A stretch of DNA of 64,000 bases from a virus (Duplodnaviria; Caudoviricetes): IMG/VR virus record IMGVR_UViG_3300030376_003877, positions 1-64,000 of that record. The stretch is one strand, 5' to 3'. Below, piece after piece: positions 1 to 10,004 of this stretch (positions are counted from its first letter, which is position 1; every line of letters begins with the position of its first letter). The notes beneath the pieces were generated by a model, which was not told the origin of the DNA, did no database searches, and worked only from the letters and a program-made list of their open reading frames with translations. The position numbers and the translations under genes were made by a program.

Positions 1-72
1 TCTAAAGAAATTTAAAAACGATTTCATTACACTAGGATTACCCATAAGAATATTTATATACCAACTAGATAG

Positions 73-1812
73 TCAAAATGAATGTTTAGAACCAAGTTGT
101 CGCTGCTTATGTTTTAAGTATCTTTGAAATGTTCTGTGGATGAATACCTGAAACTGTGGATTGTTAGTGATTGCTCCTTTATATCTTACCTCAAGATTAG
201 CGATAGGTAAACCAGTTCCTGTTCCTTTTCCAATTTTCAATGTATAGAAAAGTTTTGCTGCAGTTGCTCCTGATTCAAATGCCTGTTTCTTTCCTCTAGT
301 TGTTTGAACAATAAAGTCCTTTGGAGTTGGAGGTCTTCCATTAGGCATCGTAAACAGTTCTGTAAATACTTCATTCATCAATCTAGATGATTTTTCATTT
401 GGTTCTTTTACATTTAATGTTCCATCTTTATTAATATCACCTGAACCTGTTATCAAACTAAAATGAAATACTTCCTGGTTGTTGACATAGCTATCAATAT
501 TAATTCTGAAGGCAATATCTAAAAACTCTTTAAAAGTATCAGGATCAGAAAATACTTTCCTAAATGCCTCGTCAATGGATTCAAAATAACTATTCTTTGG
601 ATATGAAATAACGCCATTACGAGTTCTATATTCTCCTCCAGTCAATGCAGCATTCTTTTCATCCCCACTCAATGAATTATCCAATTCCTTCATCCAGCTA
701 TTTCTATTTCCTTTCGGTCTCTTTGCAAACTTTGCAAGGTATACTGCAGACCAGAATTTTTCCTCTTCTTTCGCAAGGGAACGTCCTTCCTGACCTAGTT
801 TATATGTAAGATATCCGTCTCTAGTTCCCTTACCAGTAGAAGAGTTAAATGATCCTGTTCCTGTTACTGGTTTATTGAGAAGGGTAGGATCTGGTTCATT
901 CGTTCTAACACCTTTTTTCTTAAGAGATAATCCCCAAAAGTGTTTGATTTTACCTTTACTAAATTCAATAATCAGATCAGATGAGTTATATGCTTTAATA
1001 ATATAATCTTGTTTCTTTAGATCTTTAGCATTAAATCCTTCAAATGCCTTAACTTGCCTGTCCCATTTAGAACCAGTTTGATATACTTTATCTATTTTAT
1101 ATCCTTTTTCCTTAACTAATAATTTGACAATATAGTTAGAAACAGAAAGTGCCTTAGCAAGATTTACTAGATCACCTTTAATTGCTTTTACTTCTTTATC
1201 TTTATGCCCATTAACATTCTTTGCATTGGTAGCAATAGATTCAGACAATTCAATCAGTTCTTCTTCTCTTTTTTGTGGTAACTTGTTATTGATTGTGTCA
1301 ACATTAATAAATTTAGAATCTGAAATAAGTGCTGCTGTCATCAGTTCATGAGGGTCAGCACTATCATTCTTCAATCCCTTAAAACCAATAACAAATTTCT
1401 TCGGTGCTTGACGAGTTCCATCCTTTTTTAAAGGATACATATTCATGTAAATAGTTTTAGATCCGCTGGACCATGTTGTATCTCTTACATATTCAATATC
1501 CTCAATCTCAACGGAACGTTTCTCTTTATCCCATGCTTCTTTAAATATTGTTCGTATCTCTTCAACATGAGGTGAAAGTTGATTCCAAACTTTGGATCCA
1601 ACTTCATCTCTTTTTGATCTAAGTTGGACGTTTAGTACAACTCCATATCCAGTTTTTGGTTTTTCTACTTTTCCTACCTCACTTGCAGGTGCAGGAAAAG
1701 TAAAAGTAGATTCATCACCACTAGAGTTATGTTTCTCTAATGTTTCTACAATTTTATACTTCCTATAAACCTCTCGCGAAGGTTCAATAAGAAAGTCATG
1801 GTTTGCTGCCAT
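73..1812 (-). CDS. Hypothetical protein, candidate PD-(D/E)xK-fold nuclease
   Basis: 579-aa ORF; segment YNSSDLIIEF...WGLSLKKK resembles the (P/S)D...(D/E/S)xK core of restriction-endonuclease-like folds; start overlaps the upstream gene's stop. Confidence 0.45.
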   Translation of the reverse strand: MAANHDFLIEPSREVYRKYKIVETLEKHNSSGDESTFTFPAPASEVGKVEKPKTGYGVVLNVQLRSKRDEVGSKVWNQLSPHVEEIRTIFKEAWDKEKRSVEIEDIEYVRDTTWSSGSKTIYMNMYPLKKDGTRQAPKKFVIGFKGLKNDSADPHELMTAALISDSKFINVDTINNKLPQKREEELIELSESIATNAKNVNGHKDKEVKAIKGDLVNLAKALSVSNYIVKLLVKEKGYKIDKVYQTGSKWDRQVKAFEGFNAKDLKKQDYIIKAYNSSDLIIEFSKGKIKHFWGLSLKKKGVRTNEPDPTLLNKPVTGTGSFNSSTGKGTRDGYLTYKLGQEGRSLAKEEEKFWSAVYLAKFAKRPKGNRNSWMKELDNSLSGDEKNAALTGGEYRTRNGVISYPKNSYFESIDEAFRKVFSDPDTFKEFLDIAFRINIDSYVNNQEVFHFSLITGSGDINKDGTLNVKEPNEKSSRLMNEVFTELFTMPNGRPPTPKDFIVQTTRGKKQAFESGATAAKLFYTLKIGKGTGTGLPIANLEVRYKGAITNNPQFQVFIHRTFQRYLKHKQRQLGSKHSF

Positions 1813-2726
1813 CAGTCAATCCAAGAGTTTACAATCTCTTCAAACTTTTTCAATTCTGTTTCCGAGAAAGACACTTCTTCGTTTGCTTTGTTGAGAGTCT
1901 TGACGATCTTCTTAGAACGATCATATGCTTTCTGACGCTTTTCAGGGTCAATGGGTGTGCTGATTGCTTCGCGTCCTAGGTTACCTGCCTTACGGAACAT
2001 CTTGTTCTTAGGAAGTTCCTTATAACCTTCTTCCATTTTCTTATCACACTCACAGGGGTCTTTGCCACACTTAGGGCACTTACCGCCTTTCTTTTTATCC
2101 TTAAGAGCCTTCTTCATTGACTCCTTTTCATTACCATCTTTGTCAAAGTCTAGGTAATCAGGTTTTGCTCCTTCACTCATTCTCTTAGCAACTTTCTGAG
2201 CACCAGAGGATACTTTCTCTGCTGCTTTCTTCAGCATACCTTTAATACCAGACTTTGCTTTTGCCTTAGCATCAACTGCTGCTCTAGCAGTCTGAGCAGA
2301 CATATTCTTAGCAGTCTGTGCTGTTCTTCTTGCTTTGTCTTGTGCTGCTACTTTAGCAGTTCTATATGCACCATATGTTTTAACAGCACCAGTTGATGCT
2401 TTGGACTTTACTTTGTCCATCGCGCCTTTAAGTCCGGTCTTCATTGCCTTGACTTTCATTGCTCTAGGACTATCAGTATCACTACCATAAGTCACTTTTG
2501 CTTCAGAAAGCATTCCGTCAACTATAAGGTCAACACCGGTTACATCATAACCTTCATCAAATAGTTCTTGAACGATCTCTTCACAAATATCATTAAGTTC
2601 TTCTTCGTTAATCAAGGAGAAGTCTAACTCACTTAATGAATCTCTGCTAGCATAGAACTCTTCTTTAGCTTCAGGATTATGGACAGCTTTGTAAGCCTCC
2701 ATGAAATTACGCAATACAGAAGACAT
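1812..2726 (-). CDS. Late-expressed hypothetical protein, probable virion/internal head protein (Lys/Ala-rich, EF-hand-like DxDxDG and Cys cluster)
   Basis: ORF track 1812..2738; start moved to MSSVL (2726) downstream of TATAAATA at 2751-2758; motifs PDYLDFDKDGNEKE and KCPKCGKDPCEC. Confidence 0.65.
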   Translation of the reverse strand: MSSVLRNFMEAYKAVHNPEAKEEFYASRDSLSELDFSLINEEELNDICEEIVQELFDEGYDVTGVDLIVDGMLSEAKVTYGSDTDSPRAMKVKAMKTGLKGAMDKVKSKASTGAVKTYGAYRTAKVAAQDKARRTAQTAKNMSAQTARAAVDAKAKAKSGIKGMLKKAAEKVSSGAQKVAKRMSEGAKPDYLDFDKDGNEKESMKKALKDKKKGGKCPKCGKDPCECDKKMEEGYKELPKNKMFRKAGNLGREAISTPIDPEKRQKAYDRSKKIVKTLNKANEEVSFSETELKKFEEIVNSWID

Positions 2727-2739
2727 TTCTTTTAACACA

Positions 2740-2943
2740 TTACTTTTTTATATTTATATTATTCAAATATTCTCTTTCGGTTTTGTATATTATAGAAGGA
2801 TTAAGATATATTTCAATGCCTGTTTTTATTTCTGGAAACAACCATTCGTGAACTGGTAGACATGCTTCCCAATTCACTGGTTGAATGCAGTTCATAATTA
2901 CAACAGACCAAAAAGCAGTAGCATAGTTAAGGACTATTGTCAT
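2740..2943 (-). CDS. Small hypothetical protein
   Basis: 67-aa ORF in a tightly packed same-strand run. Confidence 0.7.
   Translation of the reverse strand: MTIVLNYATAFWSVVIMNCIQPVNWEACLPVHEWLFPEIKTGIEIYLNPSIIYKTEREYLNNINIKK
2751..2758 (-). promoter_or_regulatory. gp55-dependent late promoter
   Basis: Exact TATAAATA upstream of ORFs 1812..2726 and 73..1812. Confidence 0.75.
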
Positions 2944-3094
2944 TTACTTTTTCGTGTCCATACACGATTACAATTTTTCTATATTCAGTAGGATTACCCG
3001 AATCATAATCCCAACATTTATAGTGCTCTACTTTACCGCCGATGTCTTCAGCGATACGATTTATCTTAGAATAAGGAACGTCATATCTAATCAT
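2927..3094 (-). CDS. Small hypothetical protein, 55 aa (MIRYDVPYSKINRIAEDIGG...), below ORF-track cutoff
   Basis: Hand-translated; ATG overlaps the TGA of the upstream ORF (ATGA coupling) and fills the gap. Confidence 0.65.
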   Translation of the reverse strand: MIRYDVPYSKINRIAEDIGGKVEHYKCWDYDSGNPTEYRKIVIVYGHEKVNDNSP

Positions 3095-3321
3095 AAGTCA
3101 ACTCCAACGCTTGCATCACCAACAACTCTTGTATGTTGGTCAAGAGTTCCATCTTGTTCGCACTTAAGATGCCATCGTGTCATAATGATAACATTATCTT
3201 TATATAATCCAGATAACATTTTACGTCCTTGTTTAGTCTCAGTGCTCCAAAGTCCATATTTGGTTTCCCAAACATAAAAGACATCATCAATTAGTTCTCT
3301 AGTCTCTTTGTCTCCAGTCAT
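3091..3321 (-). CDS. Small hypothetical protein
   Basis: ORF track 3091..3369; likely start MTGDKETRE at 3321 to limit overlap with the upstream gene. Confidence 0.65.
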   Translation of the reverse strand: MTGDKETRELIDDVFYVWETKYGLWSTETKQGRKMLSGLYKDNVIIMTRWHLKCEQDGTLDQHTRVVGDASVGVDL

Positions 3322-3616
3322 CTGTTCTGTTTTGGTGGAACCAATCGCTAATGTCATCTGCGCTATCAAACCCTGTTTTGTGGTTGGATGGATCAGGGTC
3401 TCCCAAGTCCATCCTATTCATAAAATCATCCAAACTTCCTTCTTGAATGTTTGGATTATGTGCTATTCTTTTTGCTCTTCTCAACATTTCACCAGCAGAC
3501 CTATTTGCTTTTGCTAGTTTAGTTGCCCATATCATATCAGATAGTTGTACCTCTTCACCTTGACTGATGCGTTTACAGATAAACTCCATCCGTTGCCGGT
3601 ATTGGTTGGATAACAT
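3299..3616 (-). CDS. Hypothetical protein
   Basis: 105-aa ORF preceded by ATAAATA at 3639-3645. Confidence 0.75.
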   Translation of the reverse strand: MLSNQYRQRMEFICKRISQGEEVQLSDMIWATKLAKANRSAGEMLRRAKRIAHNPNIQEGSLDDFMNRMDLGDPDPSNHKTGFDSADDISDWFHQNRTDDWRQRD

Positions 3617-3641
3617 ATCTTAATCTCTTTTATTCTAGTAT

Positions 3642-3872
3642 TTATTCCTCTTTAGGAGATTCTTCTTCTGCAATAAAACCTTTTTTATTAAATCCAAATG
3701 GTCCAGTTTTTTCTTCTGCTCGATTCTTCATAGCAACACCAGCAAGAGATTCCATGATTTTTAAAATGTCTTCTGCTTTTGCATTTTCGCCAAGTTCTTT
3801 AGCAACATACCAATACTTAGGCCAAAACTCTTCACCTGCAATGAGGTATTCATTAAGACTAATGGTTTTCAT
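3642..3872 (-). CDS. Small hypothetical protein
   Basis: 76-aa ORF; ATG overlaps the upstream stop (ATGA). Confidence 0.7.
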   Translation of the reverse strand: MKTISLNEYLIAGEEFWPKYWYVAKELGENAKAEDILKIMESLAGVAMKNRAEEKTGPFGFNKKGFIAEEESPKEE

Positions 3873-4027
3873 TTTCCTCCGGTTTCATAACCAAGTTTGT
3901 CATCTTGTTCTTTCAGTTTACGTTGACGAATATCTTCGTGCAGTTTTGCAATAGCAGCACGAACTTCAGGTGTTTCATCAAACTCCCATTCATCATTCTT
4001 CTTGTTCTTGAACTTTTTCTTGCTCAT
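3869..4027 (-). CDS. Small hypothetical protein, 52 aa (MSKKKFKNKKNDEWEFDETPEV...), below ORF-track cutoff
   Basis: Hand-translated; its TGA overlaps the next ATG; fills the gap between annotated ORFs. Confidence 0.6.
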   Translation of the reverse strand: MSKKKFKNKKNDEWEFDETPEVRAAIAKLHEDIRQRKLKEQDDKLGYETGGK

Positions 4028-4190
4028 TAAGTTGTTCCTGAATTTTAGTGTCTAGTTCTACAATAAGATTACGAATATCAATAATTCTTGTTGGACAACA
4101 AGATAGATCTAAAGTATATCCGTGCTGTTCACGATACAATGCCTGCCGAAGAGCAACTGCAGCTGGTATACTAATTTCAAGATTAATCAT
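3993..4190 (-). CDS. Small hypothetical protein
   Basis: 65-aa ORF coupled to the mazG stop (ATGA overlap). Confidence 0.65.
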   Translation of the reverse strand: MINLEISIPAAVALRQALYREQHGYTLDLSCCPTRIIDIRNLIVELDTKIQEQLNEQEKVQEQEE

Positions 4191-4579
4191 AAGTCTCCCT
4201 CTACACGGTTTTCAGAATAATAGGAATCAAATGTTCCTGATGGATAACGAGCACTCAGTTTTTCGATGTTCATATCAAGAATCTCATCAAAGTTAGTATC
4301 CAATGCCATGAATGCTTGAGCAAGATACCAGCAGATATCTCCAAGTTCACGCTTCATATGAAATACATTATCTTCAGTATAAGGTTTTCCTTGAAACAAA
4401 ATCTTCTTCACTACCTCAGTAAACTCACCTGCTTCTGCAGTCAATCCCAGAGAAGCAGTTAGAAGTTGAGTAGTGTTTACTCCAGAGGCTTCAAGTTCAG
4501 CAAGACGAGATGCCATAGCACCATAGTTCAAACTAGGTTCACTAGTAGTTTGTTTTACAAAATCAACATAGTTATTCAA
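4187..4579 (-). CDS. mazG: MazG-like nucleotide pyrophosphohydrolase
   Basis: GLTAEAGEFTEVVKK...ELGDICWY (ExxE...ExxD) motif; usual position after gp41 in cyanomyoviruses. Confidence 0.9.
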   Translation of the reverse strand: MNNYVDFVKQTTSEPSLNYGAMASRLAELEASGVNTTQLLTASLGLTAEAGEFTEVVKKILFQGKPYTEDNVFHMKRELGDICWYLAQAFMALDTNFDEILDMNIEKLSARYPSGTFDSYYSENRVEGDL

Positions 4580-5949
4580 AACTTAAATCCCTCAAATACT
4601 TTCTTAGGTTTGTTCTCATTACTATACTGCTCTTCCTGATTATTGTCAAGTAAATCATCCTGTGCAGTTTGCTCACAATCATATAGTCTCATCTTTGCAC
4701 GATCAACACCAATCACAAATCGTTTGAATACAGTCTCAGCATTATAGCGGTTCTTCAACTGCTTTACAAGTATCTGTCCCAACTCCTCAAGCTCATCAGT
4801 TTTAATAAGGGCAAACATAAGATCAGCAGTAGCAGGCAACCCAAAGGACTCACTTGTATCAGTAAGCTCAACATCAGAGCTACCATAACCAGAACGAGTG
4901 GTCTGCGTGGCAGAAACGATAGGGACGTTTGCTTCAACAGCCAATCCTCTAAGTTCTTCAGCAATTGCTTTGACAACTGTATATGAATTGACATTGCTAC
5001 CAGCGCGATATCTTTCGGAAGCACATATATTAAGGTAATCAATGAAAATAATATCAGGTCTAAATGACTTCTTAAGTGCAAGTTCATTAAGAAGTGACCT
5101 AAAGTGTCCAGCATGTGCTGATGCCGTTGCATATTCTTTAATTATAAGAGTTCCCTGTGTCTTTTGAGCAACGTTGCTAACTTTACTCATAAACATTTGC
5201 TTAGGAAGATCAGCAATGTCTTGAATATTGATGTTTAAAAGGTTTGCGTCGATTCGTTCAGCAATCTTCTCCTCAGCCATCTCTGCAGTAATATAAAGTA
5301 CGTTCTTATTCTGAAGTAAAACAGAAGAAGCCATATGACACATAAACAAAGACTTGCCGACACCAGTCCCAGCAAGAGCAATATTAAGTGTTTTATTAGG
5401 AAGACCACCTTTTGTGATTTTGTTAAAGAACTCAAGGTCGAACGGAATCCTGGATTCTTTTTTGGTGTATAGATCATATCTTTCAGCACAATCTTCTAAG
5501 TAATCATGACCTACATGATTATCAAAACCAACAGCAAGAGCCTCAGATAGGATTGATGGTATAGCATCAGGACTATGCTTCTCATGCTTACCATCTGCAA
5601 TAGAAATAGATTGAACCAGTGCTAAGTAAATAGCACGATCACGACACCACTTCTCAGTAGTATTCATCAACCATTCAAAGTCAACTGGTTCGCTATCCAA
5701 ATAACTAATAAGTTTTGATATCTCTTTAAATGTAATATCGGAGATGTCTGTTCTTTTTTCTACTTCAATACTTAATATCTCTTTTGTAGGAGTATCGTTA
5801 TATTGAGTAACAAAAGATTCAATCTCTTCGTATACTATCTTCTGATTAGTATCTTCAAAATATTCAGATTTTAAGAAAGGGATAACCTTTCTCCAATAGT
5901 CTTCAGTATGAAGCAGATTCTTAAGGATTAAGAACTCAATTTTATCCAT
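4576..5949 (-). CDS. gp41: Replicative DNA helicase (T4 gp41-like)
   Basis: Walker A AGTGVGKS, IFIDYL, SATQTTR, QLKNRY motifs; 457 aa. Confidence 0.95.
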   Translation of the reverse strand: MDKIEFLILKNLLHTEDYWRKVIPFLKSEYFEDTNQKIVYEEIESFVTQYNDTPTKEILSIEVEKRTDISDITFKEISKLISYLDSEPVDFEWLMNTTEKWCRDRAIYLALVQSISIADGKHEKHSPDAIPSILSEALAVGFDNHVGHDYLEDCAERYDLYTKKESRIPFDLEFFNKITKGGLPNKTLNIALAGTGVGKSLFMCHMASSVLLQNKNVLYITAEMAEEKIAERIDANLLNINIQDIADLPKQMFMSKVSNVAQKTQGTLIIKEYATASAHAGHFRSLLNELALKKSFRPDIIFIDYLNICASERYRAGSNVNSYTVVKAIAEELRGLAVEANVPIVSATQTTRSGYGSSDVELTDTSESFGLPATADLMFALIKTDELEELGQILVKQLKNRYNAETVFKRFVIGVDRAKMRLYDCEQTAQDDLLDNNQEEQYSNENKPKKVFEGFKF

Positions 5950-6508
5950 GTGACCAGAGACAATAAGTTGACATAATATATTTTTTACCTTCTAATACTG
6001 GTTTGCCGCAGTGAGGGAACATCCAGTAAGGCGGGAAGATAAGCACAGATCCTTTTTTAGGTGTGATTGAACATTCGGGATAAAATACAGTTTCTCCACC
6101 CTCAAAGTCATCATTCAAATACCATATCATGGCAAGGTATCTACGTGAAGTGAGAAGTGAACTCGTATCAGCATGATAATCATACCTATCTTCCGTACCA
6201 CTTTCATAGCATTTTATATTTGCTCCTTCAAACTCAAAGATATGTGACTCAAAGTACTTCCCATACTCTCCAATATAATTTTGATATGTATTGAGAAATA
6301 TATGGTTTTGTTTTTCAATCTTTTGTTGAATCACATCATAATGTTCATGATCAGTAAGATCTTGAACGAAAAGATTAGTCCAGTTTGGATATCCATTTCT
6401 ATCAAGTCTCTGCTTTTTATCACTCTCGTCAAAGATGTCAACTAACTCATCACAGATTAAATCAGGAATTGCCTGATCAATCTTCAAACACAAATCTAAT
6501 ACATTCAT
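5942..6508 (-). CDS. 2OG-Fe(II) oxygenase (prolyl-4-hydroxylase-like)
   Basis: YDYHAD...YLNDDFEGGET...FPHCG...GKKY: HxD...H triad and 2OG-binding Lys. Confidence 0.9.
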   Translation of the reverse strand: MNVLDLCLKIDQAIPDLICDELVDIFDESDKKQRLDRNGYPNWTNLFVQDLTDHEHYDVIQQKIEKQNHIFLNTYQNYIGEYGKYFESHIFEFEGANIKCYESGTEDRYDYHADTSSLLTSRRYLAMIWYLNDDFEGGETVFYPECSITPKKGSVLIFPPYWMFPHCGKPVLEGKKYIMSTYCLWSHG

Positions 6509-7509
6509 GAACCGTAAGAAAACTCCTCTTTAGCAATAACATCTAGTTTTTCCATCACCTCTTGGGTGAAGTATGTTTCAGGATCTTTCAGAATTGCTTT
6601 GGCAAAAACTTTCTTGCCATCCATCTCATAACGCCCAGCGATATTCTTCCAAAGACCACCGAGTTCTCCCAATTCTAGCAGACCGTAGTAACGATCAAGA
6701 CCTCGTTCATCATAATACAAACGAATGGTAACATCTTTGTTCTCCTTACTCAGACGCGACTTAGCAGTCTTTGCCTTGATAAGGTTTCCAACGACATCGG
6801 TTCCATCTTTCTCTTTTTTCTTGGACAGATAGATGATTGTAGACGCAGCATACTTGAGTCCGCTACCTCCACCCATTTCTTTAGTTGGCACATAAGATCC
6901 GATGACATCGTAGGTGTGATTGGTTACAATCATTGGAATGTTTGCTTGACCAAGTTTAAGCGTGAGCATACGGAATGCTCCCTTAACAAGTTGAGATTTG
7001 GTCATGTCCCTAACTTGCTTATCGTCTAGTGCATCACGAATCTCTTTCTCCGTCGATAGCATACCCAAAGAGTCTAGCACAAACATGCAAGGTCTGCGTT
7101 CGTCTTCAGATTTTTTTAAATATATATCTACGGCTTTCAGTGCCTTAGTTCGGAACTCTTCAATTGTAACAACATTAACTACAACTAGTCTTTCTAGGTC
7201 GATTCCACGACTTTCAAGAAGAGACCTATTAACTGCTGCTTCAGTGTCAAAGTACAAACAGTAACCGTCAGGATTACTATCCAGAAAATTCTTAACCACA
7301 GCGAGACTAAAGAAAGTCTTGCCAGTAGAAGACTCCCCAGCAATGGCAGTAATCTTATTCCCAGATACACCGCCAAAAATGGAACCTGAACACATTGCGT
7401 TAAGTATATAACTCCCCGTATCCACGTAGGTTTCTGTGTCGTCGATGTCGGCGGCAAGTTTGGTGTAGTCATCTCCGATCTCTTTTACAATATCTTTTAA
7501 AAAATCCAT
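6505..7509 (-). CDS. uvsX: RecA-like recombinase UvsX
   Basis: GESSTGKT Walker A, VLDSLGML, MGGGSGLKYAAS. Confidence 0.95.
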   Translation of the reverse strand: MDFLKDIVKEIGDDYTKLAADIDDTETYVDTGSYILNAMCSGSIFGGVSGNKITAIAGESSTGKTFFSLAVVKNFLDSNPDGYCLYFDTEAAVNRSLLESRGIDLERLVVVNVVTIEEFRTKALKAVDIYLKKSEDERRPCMFVLDSLGMLSTEKEIRDALDDKQVRDMTKSQLVKGAFRMLTLKLGQANIPMIVTNHTYDVIGSYVPTKEMGGGSGLKYAASTIIYLSKKKEKDGTDVVGNLIKAKTAKSRLSKENKDVTIRLYYDERGLDRYYGLLELGELGGLWKNIAGRYEMDGKKVFAKAILKDPETYFTQEVMEKLDVIAKEEFSYGS

Positions 7510-10004
7510 TATTGAAAGAATAATTCAAGGTTTACAACTTTCTCAACGTTCCATCCGATGGCGTCAAGTATGACCTTAAGAGGTTCTAAAAAGGCTTTGT
7601 TGAATTGTAGGTCATAGTCGATATATTTGTCAAGACCAAGTTCGTGAGGGAATTCTGAGATGAATGATAATACATTTTCTCTGATCGGATTTGCTTTTTT
7701 CAATGCTACAAACTTGATCTTTTCTCCATTATTAATAAGAGAATACTTACTATCAAGTTTTTTCTCTTTAATATAATGATTATATAGCAGTGCTCCACGA
7801 ACATGCATTGGACATCCCTTACCATAAATGGTAGAGAAAGACTTATGCTTATTTACATCTGAGATTGACCTTGGAAATGCTATTTCCTCTGGAGTCAACT
7901 TTTTAAACTTCTCTCTAGCACTATCAATAAAATCAATCACCTCATCCTCAGTTCCATTCATCATAAGTTTAAGAGCATCTTTAATCATTTTCCTACAAGG
8001 AGCAGGAGTAGATGACTTAACTGCCTCAATACCCATCATTTTTAGTTTAGGTTCCTCGTAGCGAACACCTTCGCTATCCCATACATTGAGAATATATCTC
8101 TTCTTCGCTGTCCAGATGCCACGTTCAGCAATATTCTCACGCTTCATTTGCATTTTCTGTTCGTATGCATTTACATACGTCGCAAGATCTTGATAAGAGG
8201 ATTCGATGAACGGTTCCAACTTGTCCTCGCAGATCTTGTTAATGATCTCCACAAGTTTAATCTTTTCACTAATACGATTACTATAAAATTTATCAACAAG
8301 AGGTCCAAAATTAATATAGATTGAGTCGGTGTCAGATGCGATGACATAATCGACATTATCTGTTTTTAATAAATTATTTAGATATCCGTTCATACGATTT
8401 TCAATCCAACGGATAGAAGTTTGCCCTGAAAGCGTGATTGCTTCAGCATTTGCTAACTTAAAGTACCTGAAATATTGATTACCAATAGCACCATAAGCAC
8501 TATTAAGAGCAATCTTCTTCGCCATTTGAATGTTGTTACATCGGGCGATTTCCTTTTCAAGTGCGACAGTAGGAGTCTTCTCGTACTGCTGTTTTGCTGC
8601 GAGCATTCGTTTCTTGAAGATAACTCGTTCAGCATACATCTTCTCCATTAACTCAGGTAAAAATCCCTTTATATCCTTTCTGTACATTGCACCATTGCCA
8701 CAGACGGCATAGTCTTTATACTCCTCAAAAGTAATATCTTGATTGAGAATCTTATCAACAGTAACTGATGGATGCTTTGTATCAATCAATGTTTCTGGTG
8801 ATATATTATACTGCATCATTAAGTGAGGATATAGTGAGTTAAGGTCAAACGACACAACCCAATCATACACTCCAGGTTTTGGTTCCTTTACATAAGCACC
8901 AGCATACTTATCATTCTTATCAGACTTATCCTTAGGAGGAATAACAATATTTCTATTCTTGAGGTAGTTGTAGATAATAGTATCCCACATCCTCACCTGG
9001 AACATCACATCAGTATAATTGACTTTGGCAGTATATGCCATCGTTAATGCAAGTTCAATCAGTTTCATCTTGTCCTCCATTCGGTCAACAAGTTCCACGT
9101 CAACAATGTTATAGTCTACAAACTTCTTCCAGTTACCACGATAAAAATCTTTAAAAGTATCAAACTCACTGTGATCTAGTTTCTTTTGTCCTAGTTCTAC
9201 TTCAGCAATATAATCCAATCGATAAGATTCTTGTGCCTTGTAAGTGAACTTCTTATACAGTTCCAAATAATCAAGTGTCGTAATACCAAGAAGTTCAAAA
9301 ACATTAAATACCCTACCAGAGATTTGAATCTCTTGATGGTTGATATATCCCCAAGGTGAAAGTTCCTTCATCTTCTTCTCACCCATAATCCGAGTGATAC
9401 GTCCACAAAGGTATGGAATATCGTACAGACGACAGTTCCATCCAGTCACAACATCAGGTGGATTGGTGGACCACCAATATAGAAATGCCTCAAGCATCTC
9501 TACTTCATCAGGGAAGTAATGATATGTTACGTTCTTCTGAGTAGGTGTATATGGTTTACGTCCCCAGGTTCTAATCTCTTTTGTTGTATAGTCCTGAATA
9601 GAGATTGTAAGCATCTCCTCAGAACAAGATTCTGGATCAGGGAATCCATGCTCTGCTTGAACCTCAATATCAATCGTTACTAGATTGATCTTCTTGATAT
9701 CAAACTTGATTTCTTCTGCTGGATAGTTATCAGAAATATACTGATATACATATCTCTCATTTCCGTAGATTTTGAACCCATCAATACCATCATACTTTTT
9801 ATAGAACTCGCGGCAATCGCGAACTGTTCCTGGTTGAATGGGTTCTACACTCTCACCTTCAAGTGTTTTCCACCTGCTTTCTTTCTTTGATTTTACATAT
9901 AGAGTAGGTTGAAACTTATCCTTATATTTTACTTTTCTTCCGTCTTCATAACCACGAACGAGAAAGTTGTCCCCAATCATTTGGACGTTTGTGTAAAACC
10001 TCAC
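7509..10004 (-). CDS. gp43: Family B DNA polymerase (T4 gp43-like)
   Basis: Exo DIEV, SFDLNSLYP, KIALNSAYG, ASDTDS motifs; 831 aa, uninterrupted. Confidence 0.97.
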   Translation of the reverse strand: MRFYTNVQMIGDNFLVRGYEDGRKVKYKDKFQPTLYVKSKKESRWKTLEGESVEPIQPGTVRDCREFYKKYDGIDGFKIYGNERYVYQYISDNYPAEEIKFDIKKINLVTIDIEVQAEHGFPDPESCSEEMLTISIQDYTTKEIRTWGRKPYTPTQKNVTYHYFPDEVEMLEAFLYWWSTNPPDVVTGWNCRLYDIPYLCGRITRIMGEKKMKELSPWGYINHQEIQISGRVFNVFELLGITTLDYLELYKKFTYKAQESYRLDYIAEVELGQKKLDHSEFDTFKDFYRGNWKKFVDYNIVDVELVDRMEDKMKLIELALTMAYTAKVNYTDVMFQVRMWDTIIYNYLKNRNIVIPPKDKSDKNDKYAGAYVKEPKPGVYDWVVSFDLNSLYPHLMMQYNISPETLIDTKHPSVTVDKILNQDITFEEYKDYAVCGNGAMYRKDIKGFLPELMEKMYAERVIFKKRMLAAKQQYEKTPTVALEKEIARCNNIQMAKKIALNSAYGAIGNQYFRYFKLANAEAITLSGQTSIRWIENRMNGYLNNLLKTDNVDYVIASDTDSIYINFGPLVDKFYSNRISEKIKLVEIINKICEDKLEPFIESSYQDLATYVNAYEQKMQMKRENIAERGIWTAKKRYILNVWDSEGVRYEEPKLKMMGIEAVKSSTPAPCRKMIKDALKLMMNGTEDEVIDFIDSAREKFKKLTPEEIAFPRSISDVNKHKSFSTIYGKGCPMHVRGALLYNHYIKEKKLDSKYSLINNGEKIKFVALKKANPIRENVLSFISEFPHELGLDKYIDYDLQFNKAFLEPLKVILDAIGWNVEKVVNLELFFQ

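Noticed and set aside
6500-8700. Apparent higher-GC patches in uvsX and gp43 (also gp44, gp23) as recombination mosaics
   Set aside because: Cannot be quantified without computation; codon adaptation of highly expressed genes explains it equally well.
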